Of a stretch of 64,000 nucleotides of DNA, positions 27,913 to 38,089 are shown piece after piece; the first letter of the stretch is position 1; each line of letters begins with the position of its first letter. The translations under genes were made by a program, and so were the position numbers. This DNA is from a virus. The stretch lies in IMG/VR virus record IMGVR_UViG_3300027714_000008, positions 1-64,000 of that record; one strand, 5' to 3'. Below the pieces are notes generated by a model that worked only from the letters and a program-made list of their open reading frames with translations, was not told where the DNA came from and made no database searches.

Positions 27913-28276
27913 CTTTACTCACCTTTTTTCTTATTTCTGCAACTTGACTAGATGATAAGAGTGTGAGTGCTTGGCGAGCTTTTTCATTGCTATAACCATA
28001 ATATTCTTTCACGACGTCCATGTCATTATTCAGTTCAGGTTTAATCCATTTAGAGAAACGTTTTCGTTTCCTAATCGTATTTATAAGAAAATCAAATTGC
28101 AGTTTGTTATCAAGATGATGGTACTGATTCATCACATTTGCAAAAAATACAGTGTCTTGAAAGTAAGATAGCGATCTATTAATCATAAAAGGCGCATACG
28201 CCTTCTCAGTAATATCATCGACCATAATATCTTTTTTGCTTGAATTTATAGCGTTTAAATATTCAAATGGGTTCAT
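27899..28276 (-). CDS. 62: clamp loader small subunit gp62
   Basis: YAPFMINRSLS, QFDFLIN, YYGYSNEKA. Confidence 0.92.
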   Translation of the reverse strand: MNPFEYLNAINSSKKDIMVDDITEKAYAPFMINRSLSYFQDTVFFANVMNQYHHLDNKLQFDFLINTIRKRKRFSKWIKPELNNDMDVVKEYYGYSNEKARQALTLLSSSQVAEIRKKVSKGGRK

Positions 28277-29229
28277 TATAAAAACTCCAAATCCATAACT
28301 TCAGTCATACAAGCAACCAAGTTTATTTCATAGTCTGCAACGAAGGCAAACTTGTATTGATAATCAGCAAGTATTAACACAAGTTGTGGTACTGATGCAG
28401 GTTTTAGATAGTCTAGCATGCTATCATATATACCACGAATTATAGCAGAAGTGTCTAGGTCTTGGTGATTAACCACCCATCCACGCATTTTTTTCCAGTC
28501 TTTATTTTTTAGATGATGCATAAGTTCTTTAAACGAGTCAGCACTGCTTTCGGCTAAATTATTAATGTTATGAATTGTATTATCACTCATTGACAAGCTT
28601 TGTGCTTCATTGACAACACGTCGCCAATCTGGTGCATGCTTCATAATAATTGGCACTAAAGCTTTGTCTTCATACTTAACGTTTTCTTCATCAAGGATAT
28701 ACTTTAGTCGCGCCATGAATTGACCAGCTAATGATGCAAGGTTTTTCTTAGTCGTATTAAATTCATATATACTACAACGTGAATGTAATGGTTCAATAAT
28801 GCGGTTTTTAAAATTACAAGTAAGGATGAAACGACAGTTGTTACTGAATTCTTCAATAAACCCACGAAGGGCTGGTTGTGTTGATTGCGGATTAAGATAG
28901 TCTGCCTCATCAAGAATAACAACTTTGTAGCTACCAGTAAGTGATATAGAAGATGCAAACTGCTTTATCTTACCGCGTAACGTATCAATGTTACCTTCTT
29001 CACTTCCGTTAACAACAATGTAATCACATCCGATTGCATTGCATAACGCTTTAGCCACAGTAGTCTTACCAAGGCCAGCAGTTCCAGTGAAAAGCATGTT
29101 TTGCATCTCACCAGAATCTACTATAGCTTGAAAGGTTTTCTTTAGGCTTTTAGGTAAAACAGTATCAGCTATGTTAGTAGGACGATAGCGTTCAACCCAT
29201 AAAAAGTCTTTAGTCATTGTGCTCTCCAT
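28276..29229 (-). CDS. 44: clamp loader large subunit gp44
   Basis: WVERYRP, GTAGLGKTT, ILDEAD, LHSRC. Confidence 0.95.
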   Translation of the reverse strand: MESTMTKDFLWVERYRPTNIADTVLPKSLKKTFQAIVDSGEMQNMLFTGTAGLGKTTVAKALCNAIGCDYIVVNGSEEGNIDTLRGKIKQFASSISLTGSYKVVILDEADYLNPQSTQPALRGFIEEFSNNCRFILTCNFKNRIIEPLHSRCSIYEFNTTKKNLASLAGQFMARLKYILDEENVKYEDKALVPIIMKHAPDWRRVVNEAQSLSMSDNTIHNINNLAESSADSFKELMHHLKNKDWKKMRGWVVNHQDLDTSAIIRGIYDSMLDYLKPASVPQLVLILADYQYKFAFVADYEINLVACMTEVMDLEFL

Positions 29230-29279
29230 AATATAAATAATTTGTAAGTGTAAGTCAATTAGAGCGGTATGTAAACTCT

Positions 29280-29498
29280 TTATTCTTTGTTAGCGGCATT
29301 CTCTGCTTGAAAAGCTTCGGCTACTTGAATTAGTTGTGCCGCTTGATCACGAAGACCACCGATTGTTGAAAGTTCTTCACCTTTAAATGCACCACGTTGG
29401 GTTAATGTATCGACTACTGCGATACAGCTACGTGCTACACGATTTGAAAGGTCATAAACCTGTGAGTGATCTTGTTGTTCGGCTACTTTAGATGCCAT
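29280..29498 (-). CDS. conserved hypothetical protein
   Basis: VDTLTQRGAFKGEELSTIG. Confidence 0.7.
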   Translation of the reverse strand: MASKVAEQQDHSQVYDLSNRVARSCIAVVDTLTQRGAFKGEELSTIGGLRDQAAQLIQVAEAFQAENAANKE

Positions 29499-29500
29499 AA

Positions 29501-30175
29501 TTATGCTCCATACTTTGATGATTTTTCTAATGCTATCCAATATTCTGCATCAGAAGTTGTGTTGATAAAATGTGAGATTAGTTTAGACGAGATTTCTACC
29601 TTATAGTCTCCTGGTAATAGTTTCATGTTAGCGATACTTAAAACAACATTGAACTCATCAGTGTCATATGTTCCTTCAACATCGATAGAGAAAGTGTTTG
29701 ATGTAGGATTAGCTTCATCAAATACAGTTAGACTTATAGAACCATTGTTTGCACGAATGGATAAAGTCGAATGACCTAACGCACCAGCGGCACGTTTAAT
29801 CTTATTTAGCGTATCATTTGAGATAGCAAAATTAATTTCTGTGTCTGGCATAGTGATGTCTTTAGTAGACGTAGTGAGGTATTCACTGTCAGTAAAGAAA
29901 TACTTAACCTTAGATAGACCTGATTGGTCTTTAATGAGTACATGAGTGTCCTCAAAAGACATTGCTGGTTTATCTACAAGTCCAATAACATTCAAAAACT
30001 CGTTAAGATCGTATACACCAAACTTCTGTGGGAAGTTTATATCGAGTACGGCTTTACCAAATACATTCTTACCCTCAGAAAGAGTTCGAATAATATTCCC
30101 AGATTCAACCACTATGTTTGGATTGATAGTTGCAAAGTTCTTTAAGACCTGCAAAGCATTTTCATTTAGTTCCAT
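29501..30175 (-). CDS. 45: sliding clamp gp45
   Basis: LKNFATIN, FGVYDLNEFL, YWIALE. Confidence 0.93.
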   Translation of the reverse strand: MELNENALQVLKNFATINPNIVVESGNIIRTLSEGKNVFGKAVLDINFPQKFGVYDLNEFLNVIGLVDKPAMSFEDTHVLIKDQSGLSKVKYFFTDSEYLTTSTKDITMPDTEINFAISNDTLNKIKRAAGALGHSTLSIRANNGSISLTVFDEANPTSNTFSIDVEGTYDTDEFNVVLSIANMKLLPGDYKVEISSKLISHFINTTSDAEYWIALEKSSKYGA

Positions 30176-30203
30176 AATTAACCTTTCAATTTATGTTCTT
30201 TGA

Positions 30204-30232
30204 ATAGTAACACATCAAAGCATGTTTGTAAA
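30204..30232 (-). promoter_or_regulatory. TTTACA-class promoter for gp45
   Basis: TTTACA-N17-TACTAT. Confidence 0.65.
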
Positions 30233-30241
30233 TACATATTA

Positions 30242-31963
30242 TCACTTTATATTACTAAAGTTTTTATCTTTAAAAAACTCTAGTTTCTTTTCAAATTTAC
30301 TTTCAAGCATATCACCCTTATGTGATATAACAAATACATTTGTATCAGCAGTCAAAGTCTCGATTATCTTCATAAGATTATCAACACCTTCATAGTCTAA
30401 AGAAGAATCAAAAGTCTCGTCTAAGATTAAAAGATTGGTTGAGACAGAGTTCTTCATTTTTGCAACTTGACGCCATGTGAACAGTAGAGCCAAATCGATA
30501 CGTTGTTTCTCCCCTTCAGAAAATGAAGCGTAAGAGAAACTATCTCTGTGCCTTGATTTGATCGTTTCAGAAAACGATTCGTCCAATTCAAAATGCACAA
30601 AAAATTCTAAGGTTTGTAAATAATTATTCACAAGTTTATTAATAACTGGTATGTACTGTTTGACGATCTTAGTCTTAATGCCAGTGTCTTTTAACATTTC
30701 TGTGATAGCTATGTTATACTGAAACTGTTCATTAGACTCTAGCCTAGTCTCTGTAAGAGCGTTCTTTTCCATCACATAAGATTCAAGATCGTCTTTGGCA
30801 ACATTGATGTCACTACTTGTATCGGTAAGGTTATCTATTTCGTCACTCAATACTTTAATCTGTAATTCAATACGAGACATTGCAGATTGATTAGCGTTCA
30901 TCTGTGTTTGAAAGTTGCGTATCTCTTGCATCTTATGTTCAGCCGCTTCTAATTCTTTCTGTGTACTCGTCAGCTTTACTTCAATATCAGTCAACGCTTT
31001 GCTTAATTCTTTCGCTTTAGCCTTAGCATCATTTAACTTTTCAGCCTTCACATGTTCTTCTATATCCTGACTACATGTGGGACAAGTAGAATTGTCTTCA
31101 AAAAACTTAGCGTCTTTGACAACTGTACGAACGTCTTTAGTGAATTGATTTTGATAACCTAATAGTTTTGATTTAGTAGACTGCGTACTATTAATAGTAG
31201 TAGGAATAGAAGCTCCAGCCTCTACCAAGTCCAATAACTCGTCGTTATCTTTTAAAATGCCAGTAATATCTTTACGCATCTCAATGATATTTGTTTGTTT
31301 TTGGTCTTTTAAATCTTTATTAATTCTGTTGACATCAGATATATACTTTTTTTGTACGTCTATCTTATTTTTCTGTATGTCTATCTTGTAGTCTATTTCA
31401 CGAATGACACCTTTTAGAATAGAGTTCTTTTCCTTTATCAATGAGTTCATCTTAGAGAACACACCTATGTCTAATAAGTCTTCGATAACATCTCTACGAT
31501 GTTGTGCAGGCAACTGCATGAACGGAACGAATGAAGAAGATCCTAGCACAACAATTTGATGAAAGCTTTTATGATTGAGTTTCAAGATGTTTTGTTCTAG
31601 GATCTTCTGGTACTGAGTTGCATGTGACTCTTGGTTTAGCATCTCACCATTCTTATAGATTGCAAAGACTGCGGGTTTAATCCCACGTACAATCCTAAAC
31701 TCTGATCCAGCCGCTTCAAACACGACTTCGACAGAGCAGTCTTTATTATTAATAGAGTTGACTAGCTGTGGTTTATTAATATTACGATGAGGCTTACCAA
31801 ACAATGCGAATGATAAGGCATCAAGTAATGTGGACTTTCCAGCACCATTGTGACCTACGATTAACGTAGTCTTAAATGATTGGAAATCTATCTCGGTAAA
31901 CGCATTACCTGTAGATAAAAAATTCTTCCACTTTAATGTTTTAAATAAAATCAACTCAAACAA
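30242..31963 (-). CDS. 46: recombination ATPase gp46 (Rad50/SbcC-like)
   Basis: GHNGAGKS, CPTC hook, FSEGEK, LILDE; likely TTG start near 31954. Confidence 0.95.
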   Translation of the reverse strand: MFELILFKTLKWKNFLSTGNAFTEIDFQSFKTTLIVGHNGAGKSTLLDALSFALFGKPHRNINKPQLVNSINNKDCSVEVVFEAAGSEFRIVRGIKPAVFAIYKNGEMLNQESHATQYQKILEQNILKLNHKSFHQIVVLGSSSFVPFMQLPAQHRRDVIEDLLDIGVFSKMNSLIKEKNSILKGVIREIDYKIDIQKNKIDVQKKYISDVNRINKDLKDQKQTNIIEMRKDITGILKDNDELLDLVEAGASIPTTINSTQSTKSKLLGYQNQFTKDVRTVVKDAKFFEDNSTCPTCSQDIEEHVKAEKLNDAKAKAKELSKALTDIEVKLTSTQKELEAAEHKMQEIRNFQTQMNANQSAMSRIELQIKVLSDEIDNLTDTSSDINVAKDDLESYVMEKNALTETRLESNEQFQYNIAITEMLKDTGIKTKIVKQYIPVINKLVNNYLQTLEFFVHFELDESFSETIKSRHRDSFSYASFSEGEKQRIDLALLFTWRQVAKMKNSVSTNLLILDETFDSSLDYEGVDNLMKIIETLTADTNVFVISHKGDMLESKFEKKLEFFKDKNFSNIK

Positions 31964-32017
31964 CTTTCATAATATTAAAGTATAATAACAGATTTTCAGA
32001 CTATTGTAAACAGTTAA

Positions 32018-33079
32018 TTATACTATTTCAAAAGTTTGTGCTTCTTGTAATAGCTCTGACATTTGCTTCTTGATACGATCACGATCCAATTCAGTATCTA
32101 CTGCATCTACATATGTATTCAATAGGCTAAAAGTGTCTTCTAAAAGTACATCCTCGTCTACAACATTCTCTCCTATAAATTCTGCAAAGCTTTCTGCAAT
32201 CTTTAATTCGTGTATGTCTCTGCTTTGTATATCGTCTACAAATTTATCAAACGCTTTTATGTCTTTCTTATTAACCACGTTAATCTTTACAAACTTATTA
32301 TCTACTTTAGAAAAGTCAAAGTTTGTCATGTCTTTGTTTATATCGTCATAACTTATACGCTCAAACAATGTATAGGGATTATGAATTGACACAATTTGTT
32401 CAGTAGAAGTGTCGAATACATGGAAGTATTTTTTATCATGTGCATCATTCCAGAAGAACTCCATTTGAGAACCTAAGTAATGTATATTATTTTTAGAAGA
32501 CTTAGTGTGGAAGTGACCTGAGTAAACACTATCAAATCTATCAAAGACAGAAGAATCCATGCCATGAATACTCTCTACACCTTTTGCCATTTCATATCCG
32601 ATGATGTCAAAGTGACCGCCCATATATCTAGCTGGTGTATCACGAATGAAATTCATCGACTCTTCTTCATTCTCTGAGTTTATCCAAGGGACTAAAGCAA
32701 TCTCAAACTCATCATATTTCATAGTAGTAGGCTTGTGGATAATAGTAACCACATCCATATAATGGCCTAAGAGTTCTTTTAAAGAGTTTAGATTGTTAGT
32801 ATTCTTATAGTACACATCATGGTTGCCTACAATAATATCCATAGTCATATTATGTAATCGCAACTTGTTAAGGAAGTGGTGACGATTTCTATTCAATGAT
32901 TTAAAGTTTATAAACTTTCTATTATCGTAATAATCGCCAAGATGTATGATGTGCTTTATGTCGTGTTCAATACAATACGGAAAGAATACTTTCTCATAGA
33001 ATGTTTCTGCATTATCTAATAGTATATTAGAGCTGTTACGGCTACCACAATGTGTATCATTCAGTAAAGCTATTTTCAT
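32018..33079 (-). CDS. 47: recombination nuclease gp47 (Mre11-like)
   Basis: DTHCG, HLGD, GNHD, SGHFH. Confidence 0.95.
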   Translation of the reverse strand: MKIALLNDTHCGSRNSSNILLDNAETFYEKVFFPYCIEHDIKHIIHLGDYYDNRKFINFKSLNRNRHHFLNKLRLHNMTMDIIVGNHDVYYKNTNNLNSLKELLGHYMDVVTIIHKPTTMKYDEFEIALVPWINSENEEESMNFIRDTPARYMGGHFDIIGYEMAKGVESIHGMDSSVFDRFDSVYSGHFHTKSSKNNIHYLGSQMEFFWNDAHDKKYFHVFDTSTEQIVSIHNPYTLFERISYDDINKDMTNFDFSKVDNKFVKINVVNKKDIKAFDKFVDDIQSRDIHELKIAESFAEFIGENVVDEDVLLEDTFSLLNTYVDAVDTELDRDRIKKQMSELLQEAQTFEIV

Positions 33080-33131
33080 AATATAAATTCCTAAGGTTAT
33101 TTAAATGAGATACTTGTCGTTTTCATTCTCC

Positions 33132-33728
33132 TTAGTCAAGAAAATCTGACAGGTCTGAATCAACTTTAAATTGATACTTCTTACGAACCTTCTCATCTTT
33201 GGCAAACTGTTTAATTTCGGTGTCTTTTTCTTTTACCGCATCAATACGGCTCTTTAATGTATCAATAAACCCTTGGACGACTTGCCTAGAACCTACATCC
33301 ATTTGACCTGATACCACATAGTCTTCCATACCAGATTGCGACAAATACTTCAACTTAGTATCTTGTTGCTTCTTTTCTTTAGCAATGCGCCGTAAGAATG
33401 CGTACCAAGATATTTGTGTAAAGTACCCAAAGGCATTTGGTTTACCAGTACGTGTCGCCGCTTCAATGTTATAATTCTGAATTGCCCTTAGACAATTCTC
33501 TACTGCATCCATAACCATTTCTTCACGATATGTGTATCCAATAAAATTTGACTTATGAGATAAACCCTCTGCAATCTTTAGAAAGCAGTTAGCAATATAA
33601 TCGTACACAATGGGTAAAGATGTTTCATTAGCCTGAGCCTCTTGTAATACTGTGCAATACTCTACCACTGCATTTGAAAAGTCTTTATTGTTGACGTAGT
33701 GGATGTTTTCTTTTGTGCGTCTAGCCAT
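33132..33728 (-). CDS. 55: late sigma factor gp55
   Basis: HYVNNKDF, NFIGYTYREEM, AFGYFTQI, FLRRIAKEK. Confidence 0.95.
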   Translation of the reverse strand: MARRTKENIHYVNNKDFSNAVVEYCTVLQEAQANETSLPIVYDYIANCFLKIAEGLSHKSNFIGYTYREEMVMDAVENCLRAIQNYNIEAATRTGKPNAFGYFTQISWYAFLRRIAKEKKQQDTKLKYLSQSGMEDYVVSGQMDVGSRQVVQGFIDTLKSRIDAVKEKDTEIKQFAKDEKVRKKYQFKVDSDLSDFLD

Positions 33729-33750
33729 GATAACTCCTAATGTTCTTTCA

Positions 33751-33779
33751 ATTATAAACCATTAATAATAAACTGTAAA
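33751..33779 (-). promoter_or_regulatory. TTTACA-class promoter for gp55
   Basis: TTTACA-N17-TATAAT. Confidence 0.7.
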
Positions 33780-33813
33780 CCCTTAAATTGGTTTTTCTCA
33801 CTTCATTTAGCTA

Positions 33814-33842
33814 TTGACAGATTGTTCAAACGTGTATATAAT
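33814..33842 (+). promoter_or_regulatory. perfect sigma70 consensus pointing antisense
   Basis: TTGACA-N17-TATAAT with no + strand gene downstream. Confidence 0.65.
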
Positions 33843-33874
33843 AAAGAAGTAATGTATTGAAGGGTAGTATATAC

Positions 33875-34288
33875 CTAGTGTACTGTCTTTCCAGGAAAGG
33901 ATAAAATATTGTCTGTATCTTTTTCTTCGGTAATCTCTTCGTCTTCATGTGTTATTTTAAAGCCACTTATTTCTTTCATACGCTGTGCCAATTCTTCATC
34001 GGTCAGCTCTTTTGCTTCGATTGCATTATAGTAGTGCTTGAGGAGTTCTTGTGTGGGGTTGGCTTCTGCCATAACAAAATCAGGGTTTAATACCTGTAGT
34101 TGTTGCTGATCTTGGTATACCATCCATGTTCTAAACTGAAAGAATCTACCAGTCAATTCATTATCTACACAATGAATCTCATACACATTTTTAATTACAA
34201 ATGAGTGTTCTTCTTCGGTAGGCCATTCTACTATGTCAGCAACGATCTCTGTACCATCACCTAACTTCATATGCTTTATGTGTTTCAT
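33875..34288 (-). CDS. Sm-like conserved hypothetical protein
   Basis: KLGDGTEIVA; located between uvsW and gp55. Confidence 0.65.
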   Translation of the reverse strand: MKHIKHMKLGDGTEIVADIVEWPTEEEHSFVIKNVYEIHCVDNELTGRFFQFRTWMVYQDQQQLQVLNPDFVMAEANPTQELLKHYYNAIEAKELTDEELAQRMKEISGFKITHEDEEITEEKDTDNILSFPGKTVH

Positions 34289-35760
34289 TCTATGTCCACC
34301 TGTACTATTTTATAATCAAATTGTTCTTTATGATAAATCTTAACTCTTTCAGCCGAATGTAAGAGCGTGAAGTTCTTCTTTGCTTTCCAATGTAAGTCGT
34401 CTGCTATATCAAACAACTGTGTAGTCGTGTCATTATCTGACTTACGAAGCCCACGCCCAATAGATTGTAACACCTTGATTTGTGATTTACTCGGTGATGC
34501 GAACACTATATTGTGTAGGTTACGTATATTTATACCAGTAGAAAACGTCCCTAGAGAAGCCACAATGATAGCATCAGATTGCGTTTCAACAATCCCTCTA
34601 ATAGTTTCTCTTACTTTGGCATCAACGTCACCAGAAACAAAGAATACCTTACGACCTTCTGATGCTTTAGCCTGTATCATATCAAACAAAGGTTTTCCAT
34701 GACCTTCTACTCTTAGATACAATACTAGAGTGTTGCCCTTTTGATTTAAGGCAAGGTTACGTATAAATTTATTACGTCCTTCATGCTTTATTATAAATTC
34801 TATTTCCTTTTGATAATCGTTATTTGTATTATCAAGTCTTGTTTCGTCTGCATACTTCAACATCAACATAGTAATTTTTAATTGAGCAAGGTCTCCAGCA
34901 TCTTGTAACGTCTTTGTTTTTGTGACTTGGTAGACAGGACCAAACAAACCTTCTAACACTAGCTTGTGTGTCTGTGTACCATCTAAAGTTCCTGTAAGAC
35001 CAAATCTATATTTTGCTTCTACTGCCTTGTTCATAATAGACGACAAAGACTTTGATTTAAATCCATGACACTCATCACCAAATATCGCATCAAACTGATG
35101 AAACCATTTACGTGGCATTTTATATATCGATTGCCATGTAGAAATTATCACACGTTTATTAGTATCTTTATCTTTACCAGAATATATTCTATGAACTTTT
35201 GCATCAGCATCGTATCCATAATCAGAAACATCTTTATACAACTGTTCAACCAACGATGTTGTAGGAACAATAATAAGTATTTTGTTCTTACACGTTGCTA
35301 AAATATACCTCATTAAAATATACATGATTAAAGATTTACCTGAACCAGTTGGAGATAGTAGAATAGCGTTCTTACGTCTAAGGCCAATCATAACTGCATC
35401 GTGCTGATATTCTCTAGGCGTGTACGGCATATTCAATAAATTGTAGAACTCTAGCAAATGGTCTTCATTTATCTCGTCTAACACCGCTGGAAGCCCATAC
35501 GCGGTCTCTATTGTATCCATGCTATACTTACGCTCTGCACAGAACTTAATAACATAAACGTAAAGTCCAGAAGACAACTCGCCATTCATAGAATTGTATA
35601 GACGTATCTTTCCGTCCCAAACCTTTGCTTTAAAGGCTGGCATAAATTTGTAACCTGGTACAAAAAAGGAAAAGTAATCACTTAGCTCTTGAGCAATACC
35701 AAGGTCACAGTCTATCGTGAGCATGCTATAGTCTTTAAGCTCTAATGTAATATCAGCCAC
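34285..35760 (-). CDS. uvsW: UvsW helicase
   Basis: SPTGSGKS, GDECH, GLTGT, QSIGRGLR. Confidence 0.95.
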   Translation of the reverse strand: MADITLELKDYSMLTIDCDLGIAQELSDYFSFFVPGYKFMPAFKAKVWDGKIRLYNSMNGELSSGLYVYVIKFCAERKYSMDTIETAYGLPAVLDEINEDHLLEFYNLLNMPYTPREYQHDAVMIGLRRKNAILLSPTGSGKSLIMYILMRYILATCKNKILIIVPTTSLVEQLYKDVSDYGYDADAKVHRIYSGKDKDTNKRVIISTWQSIYKMPRKWFHQFDAIFGDECHGFKSKSLSSIMNKAVEAKYRFGLTGTLDGTQTHKLVLEGLFGPVYQVTKTKTLQDAGDLAQLKITMLMLKYADETRLDNTNNDYQKEIEFIIKHEGRNKFIRNLALNQKGNTLVLYLRVEGHGKPLFDMIQAKASEGRKVFFVSGDVDAKVRETIRGIVETQSDAIIVASLGTFSTGINIRNLHNIVFASPSKSQIKVLQSIGRGLRKSDNDTTTQLFDIADDLHWKAKKNFTLLHSAERVKIYHKEQFDYKIVQVDIE

Positions 35761-36004
35761 TAATATAAGAACCTTTTGGTCTGTACCATTGTTTCTGATC
35801 GTGTAGTCTACCTAGGAGATTTTCTATCTTACTAAGCTCAGTACCTTCAGCACGACCTTCACCATACACTCGCACATTTGCGTCTGTTGGAGTTACATCA
35901 AGGGTATACCTTCTGGACAGCTTTGCCACGTACATTCGTAATGCGTGATCTATAATATCCAAATCTTCTACATCTAATTTAAATGTATCGTTGTGCTTAC
36001 TCAT
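35753..36004 (-). CDS. hypothetical protein
   Basis: LLGRLHDQKQWYRPK; coupled to neighbours. Confidence 0.65.
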   Translation of the reverse strand: MSKHNDTFKLDVEDLDIIDHALRMYVAKLSRRYTLDVTPTDANVRVYGEGRAEGTELSKIENLLGRLHDQKQWYRPKGSYISG

Positions 36005-36447
36005 TATCCACCTGCTTCAAAAGTTTTCCATTTAATCATATTACCAATTGTCTGATGTCGCCAATTAATATTAGATACTATTTCACTCAAGGTACTTATA
36101 ACAGTTTTCCAATACTCAAGTTTCTCTATTGATTTTTGAATATCAGTATCAGCGTTATAGTAGTAGTCCATTTCACCCTTTAATACTTTAAGACCATGAA
36201 AAGGATCGTACTCCCAACCATTAGCCACAATATCATCGCCAGACATTTTACCATTATAGTAAAGCCATTTTTGCTTTAGTAATATCTTTTGAGATTGTTC
36301 TGATCTCTTAGACATCAGTTTAGCCTCTGAGAGAAGTCTCAAATACTTGGCGTGTAGTTTTGGGGTAAGTCTTGAAGCTTCGTCTAGCTTTGTATTAATT
36401 TGGCAATCTTCTTGCCACATATCTAAAATCACATTTAAGTCTATCAT
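36004..36447 (-). CDS. uvsY: recombination mediator UvsY
   Basis: LHAKYL, KWLYYNGK, IKWKTFEAG. Confidence 0.9.
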   Translation of the reverse strand: MIDLNVILDMWQEDCQINTKLDEASRLTPKLHAKYLRLLSEAKLMSKRSEQSQKILLKQKWLYYNGKMSGDDIVANGWEYDPFHGLKVLKGEMDYYYNADTDIQKSIEKLEYWKTVISTLSEIVSNINWRHQTIGNMIKWKTFEAGG

Positions 36448-36463
36448 AATAATCCTTCATATT

Positions 36464-37024
36464 TTATCTAATTTCAAAGTAAGTATACCTGAAGTTAACA
36501 GGATATGCAATGTTTTGTTCAGTAGACACCGCTTCAAAGTTTACAGAGCCTATCGATGTTGGCATACAGTCTATATATCTTATTTGTTTGAGTGTGTTAT
36601 TGGCACTTGATAATACTGACAATGTAATGTCTGCATACGTTGGTGGGCTAACATCATAGTCCACAGTACCACTTAATCCCATAGGTCTTTTTTCTTTTGT
36701 TTCTACTAATCTCTCAAGCCAATTCTGCATCTCTTGATATGAATTTAATTCTTCATCAAGGATAACATTAACACTAAGCTCTCCGAATGATATTTTATCT
36801 GGTGCAAAAGGCACTGAACTCACACGTGAATATGGTAACTCTACAGCAGATGCAGTCATGTCAGGATGCGTAAACGATTGCGCAAAGTATTCTAAGTTTG
36901 GAAAATTCTTACGATTGATCAACATCTTAAAGCCTGTTGGCTGTAAAAAGTTAGTAGTTGTCAAAGTGCTTATGTTCTTTTTTGGATTCAAGACACTTGT
37001 ATTAACTGGATTTAACTGAGGCAT
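36464..37024 (-). CDS. 3: tail tube terminator gp3
   Basis: NFLQPTGF, LDEELNSYQEMQNWL; late promoter at 37052-37059. Confidence 0.85.
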   Translation of the reverse strand: MPQLNPVNTSVLNPKKNISTLTTTNFLQPTGFKMLINRKNFPNLEYFAQSFTHPDMTASAVELPYSRVSSVPFAPDKISFGELSVNVILDEELNSYQEMQNWLERLVETKEKRPMGLSGTVDYDVSPPTYADITLSVLSSANNTLKQIRYIDCMPTSIGSVNFEAVSTEQNIAYPVNFRYTYFEIR

Positions 37025-37100
37025 AATCGTATCCTATTTTTCTTACACTTATATTTATAAGGTAAATTAAAGGGTTTATTTGAAACAATGAAAATAGTAG

Positions 37101-37128
37101 TTGACATTATCCTAGTTTTCTATATAAA
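37101..37128 (+). promoter_or_regulatory. early promoter
   Basis: TTGACA...TATAAA followed by TATAGAAACAA leader. Confidence 0.65.
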
Positions 37129-37156
37129 GATTATAGAAACAATAAGGAAATGTATT

Positions 37157-37366
37157 ATGTCAAATGCTTATATTGTAACAGGTTCACAAGATGGTATCAT
37201 TAGTGTTTTCACTAGTTGGAAAAAAGCAACTGTAGTAGCACTAAAATATTGTGGTGAAGAAGGTCAAGAAGTATATCGAGATGACAATGATGATCGTGCA
37301 TGGACTGTCCGATACTTCGAAGGATGGAATGGAGAAGCCCACATTGAACGTTGGTACATGAAATAG
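37157..37366 (+). CDS. early hypothetical protein
   Basis: AAGGA RBS; MSNAYIVTGSQDG. Confidence 0.65.
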   Translation: MSNAYIVTGSQDGIISVFTSWKKATVVALKYCGEEGQEVYRDDNDDRAWTVRYFEGWNGEAHIERWYMK

Positions 37367-37372
37367 TATGTG

Positions 37373-37401
37373 TTGACAAATAAAATCATATGTGATATAA
37401 A
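37373..37401 (+). promoter_or_regulatory. early promoter
   Basis: TTGACA-N17-TATAAA. Confidence 0.7.
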
Positions 37402-37443
37402 GATAATGTGAGTTAAATTTTTAATAATCTTGGAGGATTATAG

Positions 37444-37752
37444 ATGAAGTTACTTAAGTCTCAACGTGAAGCTCTTTCATATGCAGTCTCTTATTATGAC
37501 GCATATTGGAGAACCTATGATCAAATCGTAGTAGCTCCTGAAATCTACATTAAGAAAGGTTTTCATTCTAGCTGCTCTAAAGCAGATGTGAAATACTACT
37601 TGGATATGGAAAAGCTGATAGATGCTGGCGTGATTGCGCGTCAAACATATACGCCTATGGGCAATAAGCGATCCGAGTGTGATAATCATGCGGCTCATAT
37701 CATCGACCATGAAAAGGTGCGTGAGATGTGTAGGACAGGAGTTGTAGCATGA
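37444..37752 (+). CDS. early hypothetical protein
   Basis: GGAGG RBS. Confidence 0.7.
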   Translation: MKLLKSQREALSYAVSYYDAYWRTYDQIVVAPEIYIKKGFHSSCSKADVKYYLDMEKLIDAGVIARQTYTPMGNKRSECDNHAAHIIDHEKVREMCRTGVVA

Positions 37753-37898
37753 GAAGTTGGTCGGTGATTGCTAGTAGTAAATGGTCTACAGAAAAGACAT
37801 CTGGCTTGACATACAGTGAGGCACGTGAGTTACATTCAACACACCATATATCAGGTAAATGGTATATGGTGCAATCATTCTTAGAAGGAACAAAATAA
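37749..37898 (+). CDS. 49-aa hypothetical protein (not in ORF track)
   Basis: AGGAG RBS; ATGA overlap. Confidence 0.5.
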   Translation: MRSWSVIASSKWSTEKTSGLTYSEARELHSTHHISGKWYMVQSFLEGTK

Positions 37899-38089
37899 TG
37901 AGTTCTGCATATAAAATTAAACCAAGAGATGAGGTTACAACTAAAGAAAGTATACTTATTGCTGAATTCTTAAAAAACAATGCTGTCACAAAAATTAAAA
38001 CTGGACACACTGTCACTGGATCACAAAGGTTTAAAGAAGACAAAAAGAATGAGGTGTATTACAAAAAATATAATGGTAGTAAGACATAA
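37898..38089 (+). CDS. hypothetical protein
   Basis: LIAEFLKNNAVTKI. Confidence 0.55.
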   Translation: MSSAYKIKPRDEVTTKESILIAEFLKNNAVTKIKTGHTVTGSQRFKEDKKNEVYYKKYNGSKT

